A DNA stretch of 64,000 nucleotides, taken from sequence record OL631481.1. One strand, 5' to 3'. The notes beneath the pieces were generated by a model. The model searched no databases, had not been told where the DNA came from, and was given only the letters and a program-made list of their open reading frames with translations. The position numbers were made by a program, and so were the translations under genes. This DNA is from Escherichia phage ECML-183-2. Of the stretch, positions 60,809-64,000 are shown piece after piece; position 1 is the first letter of the stretch; each line of letters opens with the position of its first letter.

Positions 60809-63052
60809 TTGATTCGTTTTGTAACTAAATCTAACGGTAAGACAGAGGAGTTTAATCCAGAAAAACTTCGCAAGTGGTCTGAATTTGCAGCAGGTAAACT
60901 AAACTGGTCTGAAATTGAATTAGAAGCTGTGAAGCGGTGTTATGACGGTGTGTCTACACGTGATCTGCATAAAGCAATGATTGCAGCGTGTATTGACAAG
61001 AAAACACAAGCTTACAGTGATATGGCAGGAAGGCTTCTTCTGGGTATGATTTACAAACAGGCTCATGGGGGATACCACAGTATCCCTTCACTGAATACCT
61101 TTTATCATGATATGGTAGAACGTGGACATTGGGCTAAAATGGATTATACTGATGAAGAGATCAAAGAAATCGGTAAGATTGTAAAACATAATAAAAACCT
61201 AACTTATGGTTATTCTGTTTTACGCCAAATGGTAGATAAATATCTTATTCGAGATGCGGTGAACGATGTAGTACATGAGTCGCCACAGTTTCTTTTCATT
61301 GGTATTGCAATGAAGGTTATGGAGATCCAACCAAAAGAACGCCGTATAGAAGATATTAAAAAACTTTATACTTATGTTAGTGATCTTAAGATTAATCTGC
61401 CATCACCATATCTGACAACTCTACGAACTCCAATCAAAGGAAGTGCGTCTTGTTGTTTATTCCGTGCGGATGATACGGCAGAATCTTTAGCTATTGCTAA
61501 TTACTTAGCTCACGAATATACGTTGAATAACGCAGGTATTGGTGTTAATCTTCAAACTCGTGCCACAGGTCAAGGTGTTAAGAACAATCGTATTATTCAT
61601 GGTGGTCTTCTTCCGTATCTGAAATGGATGGAAGATAGTGTTGGAGCTTCGAAGCAAGCAAGCCGTGGAGGTAGTGCTACAGTTACCTTTACCATACTTG
61701 AACCAGACTTCGACGATCTGATTCGACTGAAGAATCCAACAACACCTATAGATAAACGAGTAGACAAACTAGATTATTCTATTGTTGTTAACCGTTCGTT
61801 CTTGCGTCGAGCAGCAAAAAACGAAGATTGGATGTTAGTTAGTTGTGATGATGCTCCTGAACTTTATGAAGCTTTGTATAAAAGTGAAGAAGAGTTTGAT
61901 GCAGTTTATGACAAAGTAAGCCGTCGTCGCATTAAGAAAAAATTTGTTAAGGCTCGTGATCTTCTGACAGAGATTATTGTTCAACGTGCAGAAACAGGAC
62001 GTATTTACATGTTCTTTGCTGACAACGTTAACAACCATACACCTTTCCTGGATACGGTGTATCAATCAAACCTGTGTCAAGAGATCTTCTTACCAACTAA
62101 AGCTTTCCACAGTATGCCGGATCTCTTTACTGGTGAGAATACAGAAGATCAAGAATTGGCTTTATGCTTCTTATCTTCTATTGTTGCTGGTCGTGTCTTA
62201 CCTGAAGAATATGAGGATGTTGCATACTACACTGTATTGACAATTGACAACGTTATTGAAACAATGGATTATCCATTTAAACATAACGAAATAACTGCTA
62301 AAGCACGTAGATCTATTGGTGTAGGCATTACAAACTTAGCGCATTACTTGGCAAGTAATTTTGTAAATTATTCAGATGCTTATGCTAAAAAATTAATGCA
62401 TGAACTTGCAGAACGTCATTACTTTTGGTTGGCAAAAGCCTCTCTGCGTCTGGCTAAGGAAAAAGGTAATGCGGAATGGATCGATAAAACCAAATGGCCT
62501 CAAGGTTGGCTACCAATTGACACTTATGCTAAAACAGTAGATAGTATCGGTAATTTTGATCTTAAAATGGACTGGGAAGGCTTACGTGCTGAAATCATTG
62601 AACAAGGTGGTATCCGTAACAGTGTCTTGGCTGCTATTGCACCTAATGAGTCCAGCAGTTTGGTAAGCAATACTACTAACTCTCTGTACCCTGTTCGTGA
62701 TACTATTATGTATAAACAAAGTCAGAAAGGTAGCGTATTATTTATTGTTCCAGACTACGAAAAACTGAAAATGTTCTACCAATCCGCCTGGGATACTCCG
62801 GCTAAAGACCTTGCAGAAATGTATGGTATCTTTACCAAGTTTACAGACCAAGGAATTTCTTGTGATTCTTGGTTAGATTATTCTAAATTGGTAGGGGGAC
62901 GTTTATCAGTTAAAGAAGAGATGAAATTTATTTTGAACTTTGCTAGACTGGGTGGTAAGTCATTGTATTACCTTAATAGTAGAACAAAATCAGCAGATTC
63001 TTTAGCACAAGAAGATTCTGAAGACGAAGGGTGTAGTGCCTGTAAAATGTAG
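60809..63052 (+). CDS. nrdA: ribonucleoside-diphosphate reductase large subunit (class Ia NrdA)
   Basis: N-terminal ATP-cone; active-site SNLCQEIFLP; GGIRNSVLAAIAPNESSS; C-terminal CSACKM; TTG start after GGGAGGAG. Confidence 0.8.
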   Translation: MIRFVTKSNGKTEEFNPEKLRKWSEFAAGKLNWSEIELEAVKRCYDGVSTRDLHKAMIAACIDKKTQAYSDMAGRLLLGMIYKQAHGGYHSIPSLNTFYHDMVERGHWAKMDYTDEEIKEIGKIVKHNKNLTYGYSVLRQMVDKYLIRDAVNDVVHESPQFLFIGIAMKVMEIQPKERRIEDIKKLYTYVSDLKINLPSPYLTTLRTPIKGSASCCLFRADDTAESLAIANYLAHEYTLNNAGIGVNLQTRATGQGVKNNRIIHGGLLPYLKWMEDSVGASKQASRGGSATVTFTILEPDFDDLIRLKNPTTPIDKRVDKLDYSIVVNRSFLRRAAKNEDWMLVSCDDAPELYEALYKSEEEFDAVYDKVSRRRIKKKFVKARDLLTEIIVQRAETGRIYMFFADNVNNHTPFLDTVYQSNLCQEIFLPTKAFHSMPDLFTGENTEDQELALCFLSSIVAGRVLPEEYEDVAYYTVLTIDNVIETMDYPFKHNEITAKARRSIGVGITNLAHYLASNFVNYSDAYAKKLMHELAERHYFWLAKASLRLAKEKGNAEWIDKTKWPQGWLPIDTYAKTVDSIGNFDLKMDWEGLRAEIIEQGGIRNSVLAAIAPNESSSLVSNTTNSLYPVRDTIMYKQSQKGSVLFIVPDYEKLKMFYQSAWDTPAKDLAEMYGIFTKFTDQGISCDSWLDYSKLVGGRLSVKEEMKFILNFARLGGKSLYYLNSRTKSADSLAQEDSEDEGCSACKM

Positions 63053-63063
63053 TAGGAGAACAG

Positions 63064-63720
63064 ATGAAGAAGGGTAAACGTAAAGTTACCGTTCTCACAG
63101 AGAGGGGAGAAATCCCCTTGATTGTGGATGTTGAACGTAGATTGTGGGAAGGTGGTGTTATCAATGGAAAAAGGGTTAATACATTCATAGATCCTTCCTA
63201 TGCAGCTTGGAAAGGCATGTTTAATCGTGCATATAGTATGGAAAACATTAGACCAGGTTATAAAGATGTTACCGTGTGTGATGCTTGGTTCACCTTTTCA
63301 AACTTTGATAACTGGTATCAAGAACATAACGTGGAAGGCTTTGTTTTAGATAAAGATCTTGTTCTTGAAGGAAATACTGTTTACTGTCCTGAATATTGTA
63401 GGTTTGTTCCTCCTTACATAAATACACTCTTAAGTTATGCTAAGAGGTATGAAAGAAAATACTTACTAGGAGCACATGTTAGGAAAGATGGTAAGATTTA
63501 TGCCAAAGCTTCTGGGAGCAAAGGTAAGCATTTAGGTTACTTCGCTACAGAGGAAGAGGCACACTTCGCTTGGCTAAAGGATAAAGCTAAGTCAATCAGG
63601 GAAACAGCGGATCGTTACAAAGAGGAAGAACATTTTTATCCAGAGGTGTACAACACTCTTGTAAACAAGGCGGATTTCTATTGGCACCTGGCGGAAACAA
63701 AAACAGTATTTCGAGGCTAA
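63064..63720 (+). CDS. homing-endonuclease-like protein with AP2-type DNA-binding domain
   Basis: KGKHLGYFATEEEAHFAW matches AP2 domains of phage HNH-AP2 endonucleases; sits immediately after nrdA. Confidence 0.45.
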   Translation: MKKGKRKVTVLTERGEIPLIVDVERRLWEGGVINGKRVNTFIDPSYAAWKGMFNRAYSMENIRPGYKDVTVCDAWFTFSNFDNWYQEHNVEGFVLDKDLVLEGNTVYCPEYCRFVPPYINTLLSYAKRYERKYLLGAHVRKDGKIYAKASGSKGKHLGYFATEEEAHFAWLKDKAKSIRETADRYKEEEHFYPEVYNTLVNKADFYWHLAETKTVFRG

Positions 63721-63725
63721 ATATA

Positions 63726-63747
63726 AAGGGGCTTCGGCCCCTTTTTT
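63726..63747 (+). terminator. intrinsic terminator
   Basis: AAGGGGC-TTCG-GCCCCTT hairpin followed by T6. Confidence 0.6.
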
Positions 63748-63761
63748 ATTGAGGAGAGATT

Positions 63762-64000
63762 ATGAGCACACTTATAGTTTTACCTGGAGTAACCCCAATC
63801 TACCGTCCTGGGTTTAAGCCTTTGTTGATTCCCCCTGAAGATTTTACCCCTGTTTGGTGTCACCATTATCTCGGCGGACTTCAAATAGCTAATATCCAGA
63901 TTTGGGAATCTTTTTATCCAGAAGCTACGGCTTACGCAATAACAAGGGCAAGAAGTGAAGAAACAGTGACTGTTATACTCGGTAGAAGCGTATGGCAAGC
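63762..64000 (+). CDS. hypothetical protein, 5' fragment (runs off window end)
   Basis: ATG at 63762 after GAGGAGAG; frame open to window end; N-terminus does not resemble NrdB. Confidence 0.4.
   Translation, partial: MSTLIVLPGVTPIYRPGFKPLLIPPEDFTPVWCHHYLGGLQIANIQIWESFYPEATAYAITRARSEETVTVILGRSVWQ

Noticed and set aside
63762-64000. Partial ORF after the homing endonuclease as nrdB
   Set aside because: Its N-terminus (MSTLIVLPGVTPIYRPGF) does not resemble RNR small subunits as I recall them
1-64000. CRISPR arrays, integrase or attachment sites, transposase-bounded elements
   Set aside because: No regularly spaced direct repeats with unique spacers and no recombinase-like ORF seen; the only mobile-type elements are the intein and the two homing-endonuclease-like genes
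1-64000. Assignment to a specific phage genus (Felix-O1-like)
   Set aside because: Low GC, the tRNA cluster, thyX/nrdA and homing endonucleases are suggestive, but no sequence comparison was possible, so this stays a hypothesis

Overview
This window reads as a contiguous segment of a low-GC, tRNA-rich tailed dsDNA phage genome with a contractile tail (sheath and tube genes present). Three blocks are visible. (1) Positions 1-2883, plus strand: small ORFs, a Pol-beta-type nucleotidyltransferase and an SSB-like protein. (2) Positions 2941-41938, minus strand: a late morphogenesis module running terminase, portal, scaffold, lambda-D/E-like decoration and capsid proteins, neck, sheath, tube, chaperone with -1 frameshift, tape measure, baseplate, then fibres and tailspike, with spanins beside the terminase. 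(3) Positions 42146-44132, minus strand: 12 canonical tRNA genes plus 2 degenerate tRNA-like elements, driven by repeated sigma70-like promoters. (4) Positions 45591-64000, plus strand, after an AT-rich divergent control region: early/middle genes for nucleic-acid metabolism (metallophosphoesterase, Rnl1-like RNA ligase, Pnk-like kinase, a second ligase, MazG-like, RdgC-like, RNase H/FEN-like, DnaQ-like exonuclease, HAD phosphatase, ThyX, NrdA) and two homing-endonuclease-like genes. The most notable candidates are a mini-intein splitting the terminase Walker A motif, a three-ORF tRNA end-healing/sealing cassette next to the tRNA cluster, a FEN-family gene with no canonical start codon, and E. 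coli SSB C-terminal tail mimicry on two adjacent proteins. All protein calls rest on motif recognition by eye; no database search was run. A Felix-O1-like identity is possible but unverified.
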